A stretch of DNA of 64,000 nt, taken from the NCBI RefSeq assembly GCF_016432865.1, contig NC_067399.1, positions 6,572,001 through 6,636,000 of the forward strand, in the 5' to 3' direction. The notes beneath the pieces were generated by a model. The model saw only the letters and a program-made list of their open reading frames with translations, was not told where the DNA came from and did not search any database. Shown here piece by piece: positions 1 to 12,030 of the stretch (position 1 is its first letter; each line of letters begins with the position of its first letter). The stretch is from Antechinus flavipes. Taxonomy: Eukaryota. A program made the translations under genes and the position numbers.

Positions 1-2149
1 AGGTGACGCCCCGAGAGGAAACTCCCTCCACCGACGAAGCGAGCTGCGGCGATTCTGTGTCTTGGGCCAGAAGGGTCCCGGATGCTGGGTGCTCACTTCT
101 CTCCCCCGCCCCCCCCCAGGCTGCGAGCTGGGCGGTGCTCCCTTCCCCCCTCCACCCGGCCTCTGCTCTCGGGCTACCCCCAGGTTCCTCACACTGCAGT
201 GAGTGACTCGAGGTTCCGGTCCCCCCTCCCAGCCCCGAGGCGCTCCAGGGTCTCACTAGGGCCACAGAGTGGGGATGAGCTCCTCCACGCTAACAAAGAC
301 CCTCCTCGGTTTTCTAATCTGGAAAATGAGCCTTCTTTCTTCCTGGGAATGGCTGGAAGCTTCAGAGAACTTGGCACCATGGGGTCCTGAGGCTTCATTC
401 TTACTGCCAGGAGCCCTATCTGATCCTGGAGTCCCAAGGCCTGCTAGTAGTTTAGCCCTTGGCATCTCCATCAGCTTGCAGGGACAGGGCATCTGCCCCG
501 CCCTCAGCCCCCAGCTGAGCCCGGTGCTAGACTCCCTAGCAAGGCACCATGGGAAGCCCATCATCCTCTCTTGTGACCCCATGGCCCCTCCACAGTCACC
601 GGCCCCTTCCGCACCCTCCGTGTCCTTCCAAAGTCCCAATCTGCTTCATCCCCAGAAGGGCCCGGAAAGAACCATGGAGCACCAAGAGTCCTCCCCCTTT
701 GGTGTAGGGAGAGCCAGCCCTGCTGAGCTTTGGGGAGGAGCTGGGACCTTCCCCAGGCTCCTTTGTAGCTCCTGAAACCCGCTCTGAGGAGGGATCCCAA
801 TGACTCTGGCCCCGGGGCCTCCCAAACCACAGCAGCTGCGCTCTGGGCTCATTCAGACCCAGCGCCCCTGGAGAGCGGGAGAAGAGCTGGCTCTGTGCTG
901 GGGGGCCCGAGACTGCCTGTGCTCGGCCGGACGGCTGCATGGGCCGGGGCTGCAGGATGGATGGTCTGCAGTGTCTCCCATGGTCTGGAACTGGGCCGAG
1001 GCTGGCTCTGAGCAGGAGGGGGTGGGGCGGGGCCAGCGGCTGCCAGGGAGAGCTGCTTTCTAGGAAGCTGTAGGTGTTGGCAGCCCCCACGCCCACGGCC
1101 TGGGGGTGAGGGGCAGGGGGCTCTTCCGGGGGGCAGTGACAGGGAGAAATGGCTGCTCCTTCTCTGGAAAGGAAAGAACAGCCCTCTATCCGGAGCTGGA
1201 TCAAGATTAGGAAACTGAGGCACAGAAAGGCTTAGTATTTGCCCAGAGCCACCCAGCTAGTGAGCATCCCAGGCGGAATTTAAATGAAGGCCGTCTAACC
1301 CTTTCCGCTCCGGACTGGGCTGGCCACAGGAACCTGTGCTCAAGTGCCCGCGGCCTATGAGCCGGGAAAGAGCAGGAAGTCCCACGCTAGAAAAAAGCTC
1401 AGCCCCTGGGCCTAGGGAAAGGGACAACGTTCTAGACACATAGGATTCAGGTGCAGAACATGGAGAGGGGGGGCCCACGGACTCTGGGGGGGTCCATGGA
1501 CTCTGCGGAGCCCCTGATCATTCTAGGGACGTCTGGGGGGATTGGGGGGGCTCTGTGCACTTTACACTTCTGGCGATGACTGGAACCATGTTGTAGCTGC
1601 CGTGGGCACCCAATCTGCAGAAGGTCAAATCCTAAGTAACCTCGGATTGCTGGGCTTGAGCCCTGGCGGGAAGGGCCAGGAGAAGAGATTTAACGGGGGT
1701 GAAGATCTCCCAGAGGCCGCAAAATCCCAGCTCCATCAGCGCAAGATGGAGGCGCAGGAAGACAGTGGTTGGTCCCAGAGAGAGCTGGGGGTTCATGGGC
1801 TCTGAGCGCAAACCTGTGCCCTGTGAGTGGGAAACAAAAGCCAGCCCGTCCCTGGGCTGCCTCGGGAGCTCGAGAGCCTCAGACGTGCTGGGGAAGGGAA
1901 CCACATGGAATAGGGCAAGAAACTGGCAAGACACGGGAGGACACCATGAAAACCAGCCGGGGTTGGAGTGGACCGCGCACTCAGCGGGTCAGATCTGAGT
2001 CAGAATGCGAACCCCGCCTTGGGCTCGCTAAGAAGGGGGCAGAGGTCCCAGCCCTCCCCCCAGGAGGCTCCGGTCCTGGGTGCCCACTTGGGAAGGGGCG
2101 AGGATGGGCTGGGGGTGTGCGGAGGGGAGACCCGGCATGGGGGGGGCAT

Positions 2150-2660
2150 GGCCCGTGGGGCTGCACACTGCCCCACCCGACACAGTGTCCCTCCATCCCC
2201 TCCCCCCAAAGCCACAGCTGGGCTGCTTCTCACGCTCTCAGGCCCCCCCCCCCCTCATCGCGGAGCCCTATAAATAGCCGCTGCTGCGTGCAGAGCTCCG
2301 GCTGCTGCGCGCGCCCGATCGCTGGGTTCCTCCCCCTCGCCTGCTCGGGAACCGCGCCCGCCTCGAATCCCGGCGTCCGCAGCCCTCTGGCCGGTCCTCC
2401 CGCCCCGGAATAGCCGGGCTCCCCGCGGCTGCCGGCGGGCCCGGGGCGTTAGCGCGGGGGGCGCGGGGTAAATGTTGGGGAGCTGGATTCGGGCGGCTCC
2501 GGCCCCGGGGGAGGCGGGCAGAGAGCGCAGGTGATGGGGAGAGGTCCCGGCCGCACCATGTGCAATCCCAGGGAGGGTCCTGCCCATTCCCCGGGAGCCA
2601 AGCCCTTCTCTTGTAAATGCCTCCCTCTCCCCCGCTCCCCACCGAAGCCTCTGGCTTTAG
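2150..2660 (+). promoter_or_regulatory. CpG-island promoter with TATA box (TATAAATAG at 2269-2277)
   Basis: Dense CpG run from about 2255 to 2560. The TATA box lies about 20-25 nt upstream of a GC-rich, ATG-free stretch that ends at a GT donor. Confidence 0.7.
2292..2467 (+). other. CYRIA: Probable non-coding exon 1 of CYRIA
   Basis: Follows the TATA box, contains no ATG, and ends at GGG|GTAAAT (2468). An alternative donor CAG|GTGATG lies at 2531. The TSS is approximate. Confidence 0.55.
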
Positions 2661-2845
2661 AGGAAAAACCGTCCAATCTGGAAGCAGGACCGGAGGCCAG
2701 CTCTGGGACTCAGTTTCCTCTCCTGTCAAATCAGGGGCTGGACTCGATGGCCACTGAGGTATTCTGCTGCTCCAGGGTTTCCTATCTGCCCAAATGAGGC
2801 GGCCTGAGCGAGCTGCAGAGGGAGGGAGGAGAGAAAGGAGGGACC

Positions 2846-2935
2846 CTCCCAGTTAATCCCCCCTAGTTACTGCCACATCCCCCCAGTTAATCCCACACAC
2901 CCCCAGTTAATCCCACACCCCCCAGTTACTCCCAC
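2846..2935. repeat. Short degenerate repeat CCCCAGTTAATCCCAC (about 4-5 copies)
   Basis: Read directly from the sequence. Confidence 0.75.
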
Positions 2936-3981
2936 ATCCTTTGTTGTGAGTTCCCTGAGACCCCCACAAGGCAAACAAGCCAACAAAAACTCGGGCTCCT
3001 TTGTAAAGGGGAGCGCTGGGTCCCCTTCCTGCCTCCATCTGTGACTTTCTGAGATGCAGCTTTGGGTTTAGAGTTGGAGAGATCTGGCTGTGAATACCAC
3101 CTCAGACACCGATAGCCTCTGTCCCTCAGTTTACCAGTCTGTAGAATGGGGGTGAGAGGCAAAGTGGTTTAATCTGGTTTCGGGGTTATAAAGGCGGGAT
3201 GTGGGCGGATTAACGCTGAGCAAGTCCCTAAACATTTCTGAAACTGGTTTTCCTGTAGAATAAATAGGAGACCCAGGTGGTGAGTTAAGGGGTAACCAGC
3301 CTCAGAAGTCAGAAAGCCCTATGGGGGTGGGGGTGGGGGTGGGGGTGGGGATGACACCGGGAGAGTCGTGAAACATTCGGCTGCTGTTTTGGCGGGAGAG
3401 GAGGTGAGGGAGGAGGGGGCGATGCATAGAATGGCGCCTTAACATCGGGGAGACCCGGCTTCCAACGCAGCCCCACGTTCACTAGCTGGGGCGGCTCCCA
3501 TCTGGAAACGGGGGTAGCAGCCCCGCCCCCCAGGACCGGGAGCTCTCGCTTCGCAGCCTCCGAGCTGGGAAATGGGCGCCCGGCCGCAGGACAGGGACGG
3601 TTGGGAAGGGATGAAGCCGCAGGCCCCGCCTTCGCTTCACAACCTAATGTTTCCGGGACTCTCGTTTTTATTGTTGCTTGTTCTCTTTTGTGTGGGACGG
3701 GGAGAAGAACGCTTTAATGGGAAGGGTTCCAGATTTTGTCTTGGAGACCTATTTGCTGTGTCTCCTCCCCCAACTCCCTTGCCCTCTTCGGGACTCACTT
3801 TCTTCCTTTGGAAAATTCAGCCGAGCTGCCTCTTCGGGCCCTCGCAGCTTTCAGCCTAATCCTATGACAACTGAAAGGTCTGTGGAGCAGGAGGGGGAGG
3901 GGCGAGTGAGTCATCCTCCTGCTGCCAGGATGGGCCTTCCATGAGAGGAGGAAGCTTCGTGGGACGGTCAGCCTCGCCGGG

Positions 3982-4534
3982 CCGGAGCCACGTGGGACCC
4001 TCAGCCTCGGCCCTCCAGGAGCCCCACGGGACCCTCAGCCTCGCCTGTCCCGGAGCCACGTGGGACCCTCAGCCTCGCCCCTCCCGGAGCCACGTGGGAC
4101 CCTCAGCCTTGGCCCTCCAGGAGCCCCACGGGACCCTCAGCCTCGCCCGTCCCGGAGCCACGTGGGACCCTCAGCCTCGCCCGTCCCGGAGCCACGTGGG
4201 ACCCTCAGCCTCGCCCCTCCCGGAGCCACGTGGGACCCTCAGCCTTGGCCCTCCAGGAGCCCCACAGGACCCTCAGCCTTGGCCCTCCGGGAGCCCCATG
4301 GGACCCTCAGCCTCGCCCCTCCCGGAGCCATGTGGGACCCTCAGCCTCGGCCCTCCGGGAGCCCCACGAGACCCTCAGCCTCCCCTGTCCGGCAGCCTCA
4401 CCCCCCTCAGCCTCCCCCGTCCCGGAGCCCCACGGGACCCTCAGCCTTGGCCCTCCAGGAGCCCCACGGGACCCTCAGCCTCCCCTGTCCGGCAGCCCCA
4501 CCCCCCTCAGCCTCACCCCTCCAGGAGCCACGTG
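3982..4534. repeat. 34-bp minisatellite (GGGACCCTCAGCCTCGCCCCTCCCGGAGCCACGT), about 16 units
   Basis: CACGTG recurs at 3989, 4057, 4091, 4159, 4193 and 4227 (multiples of 34) and again at 4529. Confidence 0.92.
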
Positions 4535-6098
4535 CCGGATGCACAAGGCCCAGGCCCGGAATTCTGCCTCCCCCGGGCCGGCTCCCCAGAAGGGCTGCAG
4601 AGAATGTACAACATGGCGCCAACGGCGGGATTCTCCCTCGGGAGAGGGAGCGCCCCGCCAGAGCTCTCCGGGGCAGGGAGCGGGAGCCAGAGCCTGGGGG
4701 TTGGCCCGGGAGGGGGGCGGGCTCTGCAGAGGGGCCGCTGGGGCTGATGGAGTGGGGGGGACAGCCCCTGAGGAAGCCAAGAAGTCCTATGGGAAGTGGG
4801 GGGGGAGTGTCCCCCCCAGGAGAGCACCTGCATGAGATCCATCAGGAGGGGCGGGCTCGGGAAAGGGGGGCGTGTGCTTCGGGGCCGGCAGCCACGTGGG
4901 GACTGGGTGGGAGAGGGACCCGTGGCAGGGACAGGAGGCGGTTGCCGTGGTTTGGCCACGTCCCTTGGGAGGAGGGTTTCCGGCTCGGTCTCCCTCCCAG
5001 GAGGTGACCCTCCTGCCCGGCCTGGGGCGGTCTTGTTCCTCTTCTACAGATGGGGAAACTGAGGTTTCCCCAGCCCCGTGGCTGTCCCACTGATGCTCCT
5101 CCAGCCTCCTGGGGCTCCTCCCCCAGGGTAACCAGCCACCCTTTGTCCTGCACCCCCGCTTCCTTCTGCCCCCTTCTCAGACTCTCCTGGCCACCTCCTG
5201 GGGCCTCCGGGCCGTCCCGCTCCCTCCCGATTCCCTGGCATTAGGGGGAGAGCTGGACTCTCCGTGCTCCCGCTGCAGCTCCCGGACTCCCTGGCTCCTC
5301 CCTCCAGACCCTCCTCCTCCCGATCTCCTCCCCCATCCCTCTGGGCCCTGGGCTCCTCCGCCTCGGGGAGCCCGCCCCCTCAGGCCCCGCCCCCTGACTG
5401 ACGCTCTGCCCCCGGGCCGGGCCGCTCAGCGGGTCCTCCCCAGGACAAGGCGTCCCCCAGGCGCTGGCCCGGACTTCTCTCCGTCCTCCAGCCTCCGGGG
5501 CAGACGTGGTCTCTTGGTCAGAGCCCTGCGCTCAGAGCCGGGAGAATGGCCAGTTCTCTGCCCCGGGGGCCTGGCCTGGGACCCCGAGCTCAGCTTGTGG
5601 AGGAGGAAGCCCCCTCCCGGCCTTTCCAGGCCCTGCTGCAGCCGAGGCCGGTCAGGGCACTAGAGATTCGAACCCGGGGCCCTGGCGTGGGAACGGGTGC
5701 AAGTGGGCAACCTTGGGCTGAGGAAGTCCCCAAGTGGGGGAGCGGCAGGGACGGGCCGGAGTCCGCACCCACCCCTTGCCCGGCCCCTAGTGAGACTTAA
5801 ATGCTTGTAGACTTGTCCGGGAGGGCGGCTGGTGACGGGGAGGGGGGGGTCACTCCTCCCCCCTGATGCCCGCATAGCTCAGCCAGAACCGGGGCCCTTC
5901 CCTGCAGCCCCTCCCCTCCCCCTCCCGCTTCTCCCCCGCCTCTCCTCCTCAGGGACTCGGTTCTGTCCTGATGCCGGGGTGGGGCCCCTTCTGCCCTTCT
6001 AGGGGGCCCCTTGGCCTCCCATGCCCTAAGTCAGCAGAGCTGGCCCCAGCCGGCCCAGAATCGCAGGATGCCCATGAAGGGGAACTCCCAGAAGGCAC

Positions 6099-6314
6099 TG
6101 CCCGCCCAGTGCCCCTGCCCCGCCCAGTGCCCCTGCCCCTCCCAGTACCCCATGCCCCGCCCAGTGCCCCTGCCCCGCGGTGGCAGTGCCCCTGCCCCAC
6201 CCATGCTCCCTGCCCCACCCAGTGCCCCCTGCCCCGCCCTTGCCCCCTGCCTGTCCAGTACCCCTGCCCCCTGCCCCGCCCCTGCCCCCTGCCCCGCCCA
6301 GTGCCCCTGCCCCC
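6099..6314. repeat. C-rich repeat (GCCCAGTGCCCCTGCCCC)n, about 18 bp unit
   Basis: Read directly from the sequence. Confidence 0.85.
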
Positions 6315-7199
6315 AGCCTCTGCTCGAGAGCCTTTGGGAAGGGAGACCTGTCCCTCGGGGGCCGTCTCCTGTGTGTTCTCCACCCCTTGCTCCTGCCCTC
6401 TGGGGCCCAATCGAAGGGGTCTCAAAGATGGTGGCTCTTCCGCCCACCCTGAGGCTTCTCTGGGCTGATGAGACCCTCCCTTCTGTCAGTGATCGCAGGC
6501 CAGAGACTTAACCCCCTGCCCTCCTGGCCTGTGCCAGAGCTCCTCCTGCACCGACGGCTGGCACCGAGTGCCGGGGGCACGAACAGCTGGGGCCGAGGAG
6601 CAGTGGGGACCGATGGGGCGGCTCCGCCTCAATTCTCGATGCCCGAGATCCCGGCCCCCGCTGAGTGGGGGCTCCTGAGCGGCCTGTGCCCCCCCCAGCT
6701 AAGTGCTCATGGACTGGAGAGTTAGGGGGGAGGACCCCGGGGCCCTCACAAGCTGAGTTCTCAGTCGGGATTCATGGGCCCCGAAGGGTCAATATCGGGG
6801 GTCTGTGAACTTGTGGGGAGGGGCTAGCGGGGTCATGGCAGTATGGGCGGGTCCCTTTGTAACCTTGTAAATGTAAGATTTCCGCTCGTTTTATGCTCAC
6901 AACCTTTTGGGGTCCCCAGACTGCGAGTGTGAGCGTCGGGGGAGGGGGTCATTCATCGGGGACCCCAGGGAGCCGTGGCAGAGATGGGATTGAGCCCCGG
7001 CCCCACCTGCAATAACTGTTAGATTGGGGTTGGGGTGGGGGATTCTTCCCTGCCTGGTGAGCCCCCATAAGTGACCCCACCTCCAGCACAGGCTGAGCCC
7101 CACCTCTGGCTGGTCCGTCTCTGTCGCTCGGTTTTGTGGCACATAAAGTACGGGAGCTGAACCGGGCCCCTCGCACCAATCACTCTGGGTTCCATCTTC

Positions 7200-7310
7200 T
7201 ACATCGCCTCCCAACTCCCACGTTCTCTGTTCTAAGGGCCCCCGTGGTTCTGGGGCTCTCTGTTCTACGTTCTAAGCCCTCTTCCAATTCTGACATTCTA
7301 TGTTCTGTGT
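7200..7310 (+). mobile_element. MdoRep1-like marsupial SINE-tail-derived repeat (similar patches at about 30140-30350 and 43575-43740)
   Basis: TTCTATGTTCTAAG...TTCCA(G/A)(C/T)TCTGACA-type motifs; family name from memory. Confidence 0.5.
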
Positions 7311-7375
7311 CCCTCCCGAGCCTGGCCGATGCAGCTGTGGCCGGCTCTGGGATTCTCACAGCCTGCCGTGGCGTG

Positions 7376-7748
7376 TTCTAGGCTCCCGTGGCCATTCCAC
7401 ATTCTAAGCTCCCGTGGTCATTCCTTGTCCTAGGCTCCCATAGCCATTCCACATTCTAAGCTCCCGTGGTCATTCCTTGTCCTAGGCTCCCATAGCCATT
7501 CCACATTCTAAGCTCCCGTGGTCATTCCTTGTTCTAGGCTCCCATGGCCATTTCCTGTTCTAGGCTCCCGTGGCCATTTCCTGTTCTAGGCTCCCGTGGC
7601 CATTCCCTGTTCTAGGCTCCCGTGGTCATTCCTTGTTCTAGGCTCCCATGGCCATTTCCTGTTCTAGGCTCCCGTGGCCATTTCCTGTTCTAGGCTCCCG
7701 TGGCCATTCCCTGTTCTAGGCTCCCGTGGCCATTCCCTGTTCTAGGCT
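7376..7748. repeat. 26-bp minisatellite TTCTAGGCTCCCGTGGCCATTTCCTG, about 14 units, with a 52-bp higher-order pattern at the 5' end
   Basis: Read directly from the sequence. Confidence 0.92.
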
Positions 7749-8323
7749 CATTTCAGCTTTAAAATTACACAGACTTTTGTTTTTTCTTGGCAAGCACGGC
7801 GTCCCCCGGGCTCGGGTCTGTCCGCATTTATTTTCAGGCTTCGGGCGAGCAGTGAGTACTTGGAGTTAAAAATCGTTTTGAAAAATGGCTCCTGAGAGTG
7901 TGGGAGCTTAAGAAAGGGGCCCATCCAGCAGACAAACGGCCTTTGAGGCTCCCGCAGCTGGGGCTTCCCGGCCCCCACCTCCCTCCCTCCCTCCCAGCCC
8001 GAGATTTCAAAGGAAGTCTCAGCCACGGCCCCGGCAGCCCCGGTGGGCCTGGGCCTGCGGCGGCCTGGGAGCTGCAAGCCCGGCGGGGACAGGGTCAGGT
8101 CTGAGGGGGGGCTGTTCTAGGCTGCGAGGGCGGGTTAGAGAGGCCCCCGGGGCCCCTCCAGGACACGGCTGAGCTCAGAAGTTAGAGGGAAGTTGCCGGG
8201 GCCGCTCTCAAAATTCCCCAGGAAGAAAGGGGAAGGAGAGGCTCTTCCCTGTTGTGGTCACCCCAGTCAGAAGGAGGCTCCAGTTCTTAAACAGAAAGTG
8301 AAAGGAGGGAGAGAAAATTAGGA

Positions 8324-8333
8324 ACACACACAC

Positions 8334-8387
<54 letters not shown>

Positions 8388-8403
8388 TCTCACACACACT
8401 CAC
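8324..8403. repeat. (CA)n microsatellite
   Basis: Read directly from the sequence. Confidence 0.98.
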
Positions 8404-9344
8404 CACTGAGCAGGGACAGAAACCCTGCTGTTCACACTTAGGGGGCAAAATGACCCCCACTGTCCCATTCAGTGGGCTCGGCTCCCCCTGGGGAAGAGGC
8501 CCCTGGGCACAGGCCCCACTTGAACTAGGCCAGTGGTTGCCCAGAATCTGAATTTCCCGACCAAATGTTGCTCCTCTTGGGCAGCACTGGCCAGTGTCAC
8601 TTCCTGACCCGCTGTGGGGACCCGCTTCCTAAGTCCCTCGGAGAATGGAGAGTCCCTGGCTGGGGGGCTGGGGGCTGGGGGCCGGGCCCCCCCCACTGCA
8701 GCCTCACTGTGGCCCACTCAGTACCCTGCTGTCCAAGGCCCTTCCCCTCCTCGGGTTCAGGTCTCCCCTTCAGGAAATAGAGGGACAACTTCCCCCCCAA
8801 ACCCGGCTTTTCGGTATTCTAAGTTCCACCTCAGTTCCAAGCCCCCCTAACTTTGATCTCAGGTCCCTCCTAACTTTGAGAGTCGATGGTTCTCTGATTG
8901 ACCCGTCACTCCCTGAGTGTCCTTGTGGTTCAGAGGGGTCTACACTGGGGGGAACAGAAAGGAAACCCTCTGGCCCCAGAACACCAGGGCAAATAGGAGC
9001 GGGCGAAGATGCTCTTAGACTTGGGGGGACCCCCGTTCCCCAGCCACTGAAGGCATCGCCCCAAATATCAGAGGTCATGGAAACAGCCTCTGAAAATCTT
9101 GTGCAGCTTTTGTCAAACAGAAGGAGCCCAGGAGTGGGACCCTGGCCACGGAGCCCTCGGTCCTGGCTCTCGCCCTCGATCCTGACTCTCGCCCTTTTTG
9201 GCCGCAGGGACTTGGACTAGGCCCTTCCTCAGCTTCAAATTTCTCCCATGTATAAGGGACTGATCACCCAGGGGTTACCTCTTCCCCAGGAGCATAGTCC
9301 AGGAGAGGCAGCCTAATGCAGCGTAAAGTAACGGGCAGAGGTAG

Positions 9345-9910
9345 GTGGGTGCTTGGATGGATGGCTGGATGNNNNNNNNNNNNNNNNNNNNNNNNNNNNN
9401 NNNNNNNNNNNNNNNNNNNNNNNNNNNNNNNNNNNNNNNNNNNNNNNNNNNNNNNNNNNNNNNNNNNNNNNNNNNNNNNNNNNNNNNNNNNNNNNNNNNN
9501 NNNNNNNNNNNNNNNNNNNNNNNNNNNNNNNNNNNNNNNNNNNNNNNNNNNNNNNNNNNNNNNNNNNNNNNNNNNNNNNNNNNNNNNNNNNNNNNNNNNN
9601 NNNNNNNNNNNNNNNNNNNTACATGGATGGATGGGTAGATAGATAAATGGATAGGGAGATATAGATATAGAGTTAGGCAAATGGATGGATAGAGAGATAA
9701 ATGGATGGATGCATAGATGGATGGATGGATGGATAAATGAATAGTTGGGTGGATGACTGGTTAGATGGATGGATGGATAATTAGATAAATGCACAGTTAG
9801 ATGACAGATGGATGGATAGATGGGTAGATAAAGGAATAGAAGGTTGGTTGAATGAATGGACAGAGAGATAAATGGATGGTCAGATGGTAGCTGGATGATG
9901 GGTAGATTGT
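9345..9910. repeat. (TGGA/TAGA)n microsatellite containing an assembly gap (N 9372-9620)
   Basis: Read directly from the sequence. Confidence 0.93.
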
Positions 9911-10853
9911 TTATACACGGCACCAAAAAGCCACACTCTCACCGCAAGGAGCTCATGTCCAAGGCAGCCCCAGAGAAGGGTGGCAGAGGAGAGGGCTAAC
10001 CGTTAGATGGTCATGGCTGGGGAGCTTCCGGGGACTTAGTTCTGGGCTCAGTGGTTCCGGGGCCTGGGCTCCGGCTGAATGCGGGTAGGGGAGAGAGGAG
10101 GATGGCCGGAGGCCTGAGGAGGAGATGTCCGGCAATAAAGCGCAGGCTGTGGGCACCGGCCTCGGCTCCCCGGCCACTCCCCGGGTGATTGGACCATGTG
10201 GCCCCTGGGCTGGGCCCATTGTAAAGACCCAACTCCATTTCCAGCTGATATGTAAAGTGTCCTGTAACCTGAGCTGGAGGCAGGGGGCAGTGATCTCGGG
10301 GGGGCCAACGGTTTCTGAATCTGACTGGTGCTGGTGTGCCAGCCTTAAAAAGTGGCAGGGCCCTCATCCCCACCAGCCCCGGCGGCTCACACAGTCGTCT
10401 TGGGTTCTCTCGGGGACCTGGTCAGCCTCAGTCGGAGGGTCGTTGGCCAGGTGCGAGAAGGGCCCTCACGGAGGATCAGGTCGAGGCCGGGGGGGGGGCG
10501 GGTCCGCGCCCGAGCTCACACAGATCAGGCACCAGGGCCCCCAGCCCCCGGCTCTCCTTCCTCTCCCCACCTTCTGCCTCCCCGGTGAAGCTCCACCGGC
10601 CAAGAGGCTCCTCGCTTGGCAGAGGCCACGTGACGGACAGAGCCCGGTCCCTGAAGGACTGGGAGCCCTCGAGTTCAAGAACTCTTGGATGTCCGCCACG
10701 CACAGAGCTGGGCACCCAGCAGCACCTGGGAAATGCTTCTGCAGACCTCATCCCTTCCCCGGAGTCCCGGGGGAGTGGGCTTGGAGGGGGGGATCCCAGC
10801 CCTGCCCCTGAAGGAGACCCCGCGCCTCAAGGAGCCGCCGGGAGCTGTTCACA

Positions 10854-11170
10854 GGGGCCGCCTTCCCCATGCCCGGCTGGCCCCCTCCTGCCCAGCGCTC
10901 CCCCAGCTGGGAACCTCCTTCTGGGAAGGGCCCAGGCCTGGAGCTCCCTCTGTGGGAGAAGGACTTGGGGAGGGGGTGATGAGCCCCCCCAGCACAGATC
11001 GCTGCCAAGGGCAGGGGCCGCCTTCCCAGTGCCCGGCTGGCCCCCTCCTGCCCAGCGCTCCCCCAGCTGGGAACCCCCTTCTGGGAAGGGCCCGGGTCTG
11101 GGTCAGAGGCGTCTGGAGCTCCCTCCGTGGGGGGAGGACTTGGGGAGGGGGTGATGAGCCCCCCAGCACA
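10854..11170. repeat. Local tandem duplication, two copies, period about 160 bp
   Basis: CCCGGCTGGCCCCCTCCTGCCCAGCGCTCCCCCAGCTGGGAACC...GATGAGCCCCCCAGCACAG occurs twice. Confidence 0.9.
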
Positions 11171-11849
11171 GGAGCTGGTGCAGGAGTTTTTCTAGCACAG
11201 AGAAGTGGAGGGAAGGAGGGGCCCCCGGCACACACCCTCGCAGGACTGCCCGAGGGCCGGGGGGCGCCGGACCAGCCGCCTCAGATTTCTTCCCCGAGAC
11301 TGCTCTGCCTCGATGTGCCAGCCTGAGGAATGGCCCCACAGAGCCGGGCCCCAGGCAGGGCGGCTTCAAAGCTCTCTCAGATGTGGCATTTTCTCTGCCC
11401 CGCCCTGCTTGGCACCAGGGCAGGATCAGGGCTTTTCACGGATGAGCAATGAGCTCAGAAGGGCTGCCCCCAGGCGCCCAGCCGCCTCCCCCTCCCTCCC
11501 CCCTCACCCACATCTTGCCCGTCCAGCCCCGCAGGGTCAGTAGCCTCCCAGCTGAGACTTCATGCCCAGGCTCAGTCCCGGTCTTTCCCAAGATCCTCAC
11601 CACAGCCCTGGAAGGTGGATGGAATACAGGTCATCTCCCCATTTTATGGAAGAGGAAACTGAGGTCCCCAGAGCCTTTATGTGACTCCTATTTCAGGGGT
11701 CTGCCACCATAAGGTAAAGTAGGGAATTGCAAGCAGAGCAGAAAATCTCCCCCCTTGGAGGCCCTCGGAGCTCTCTGCACTTAATATTGCAATAACTGTA
11801 TATTGATATGGTTAATTTCTTTTGTAGTCTCATTTTTTGGCTTTAAAAA

Positions 11850-12030
11850 TAGTATTTTTTCCCAATCACACATAAGGACAATTTTAACATTCATTTAAAA
11901 GCGTTTTTGAATCCCAAACGTCTCTCTTCCTGTCCTCCCTCGTCCCTAAAAACTTAAAAAAAAAAAAAAAAAAAAGTTTGGTACAGTTTATACACGGGCA
12001 ATCCTGTAAACATTTTTCCTTATTAGTCAT
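11850..12030 (-). mobile_element. Old marsupial L1 3'UTR fragment with internal A-run
   Basis: AT-rich TTTTCCCAATCACA...ATTTTAACATTCATTT...TCCCAAAC.TCTCTC motif resembles remembered marsupial L1 3' ends. Confidence 0.45.

Noticed and set aside
269-775. 168-aa ORF upstream of the promoter, and other 60-200 aa ORFs across the window
   Set aside because: They show no recognisable homology; ORFs of this length are expected by chance in GC-rich DNA.
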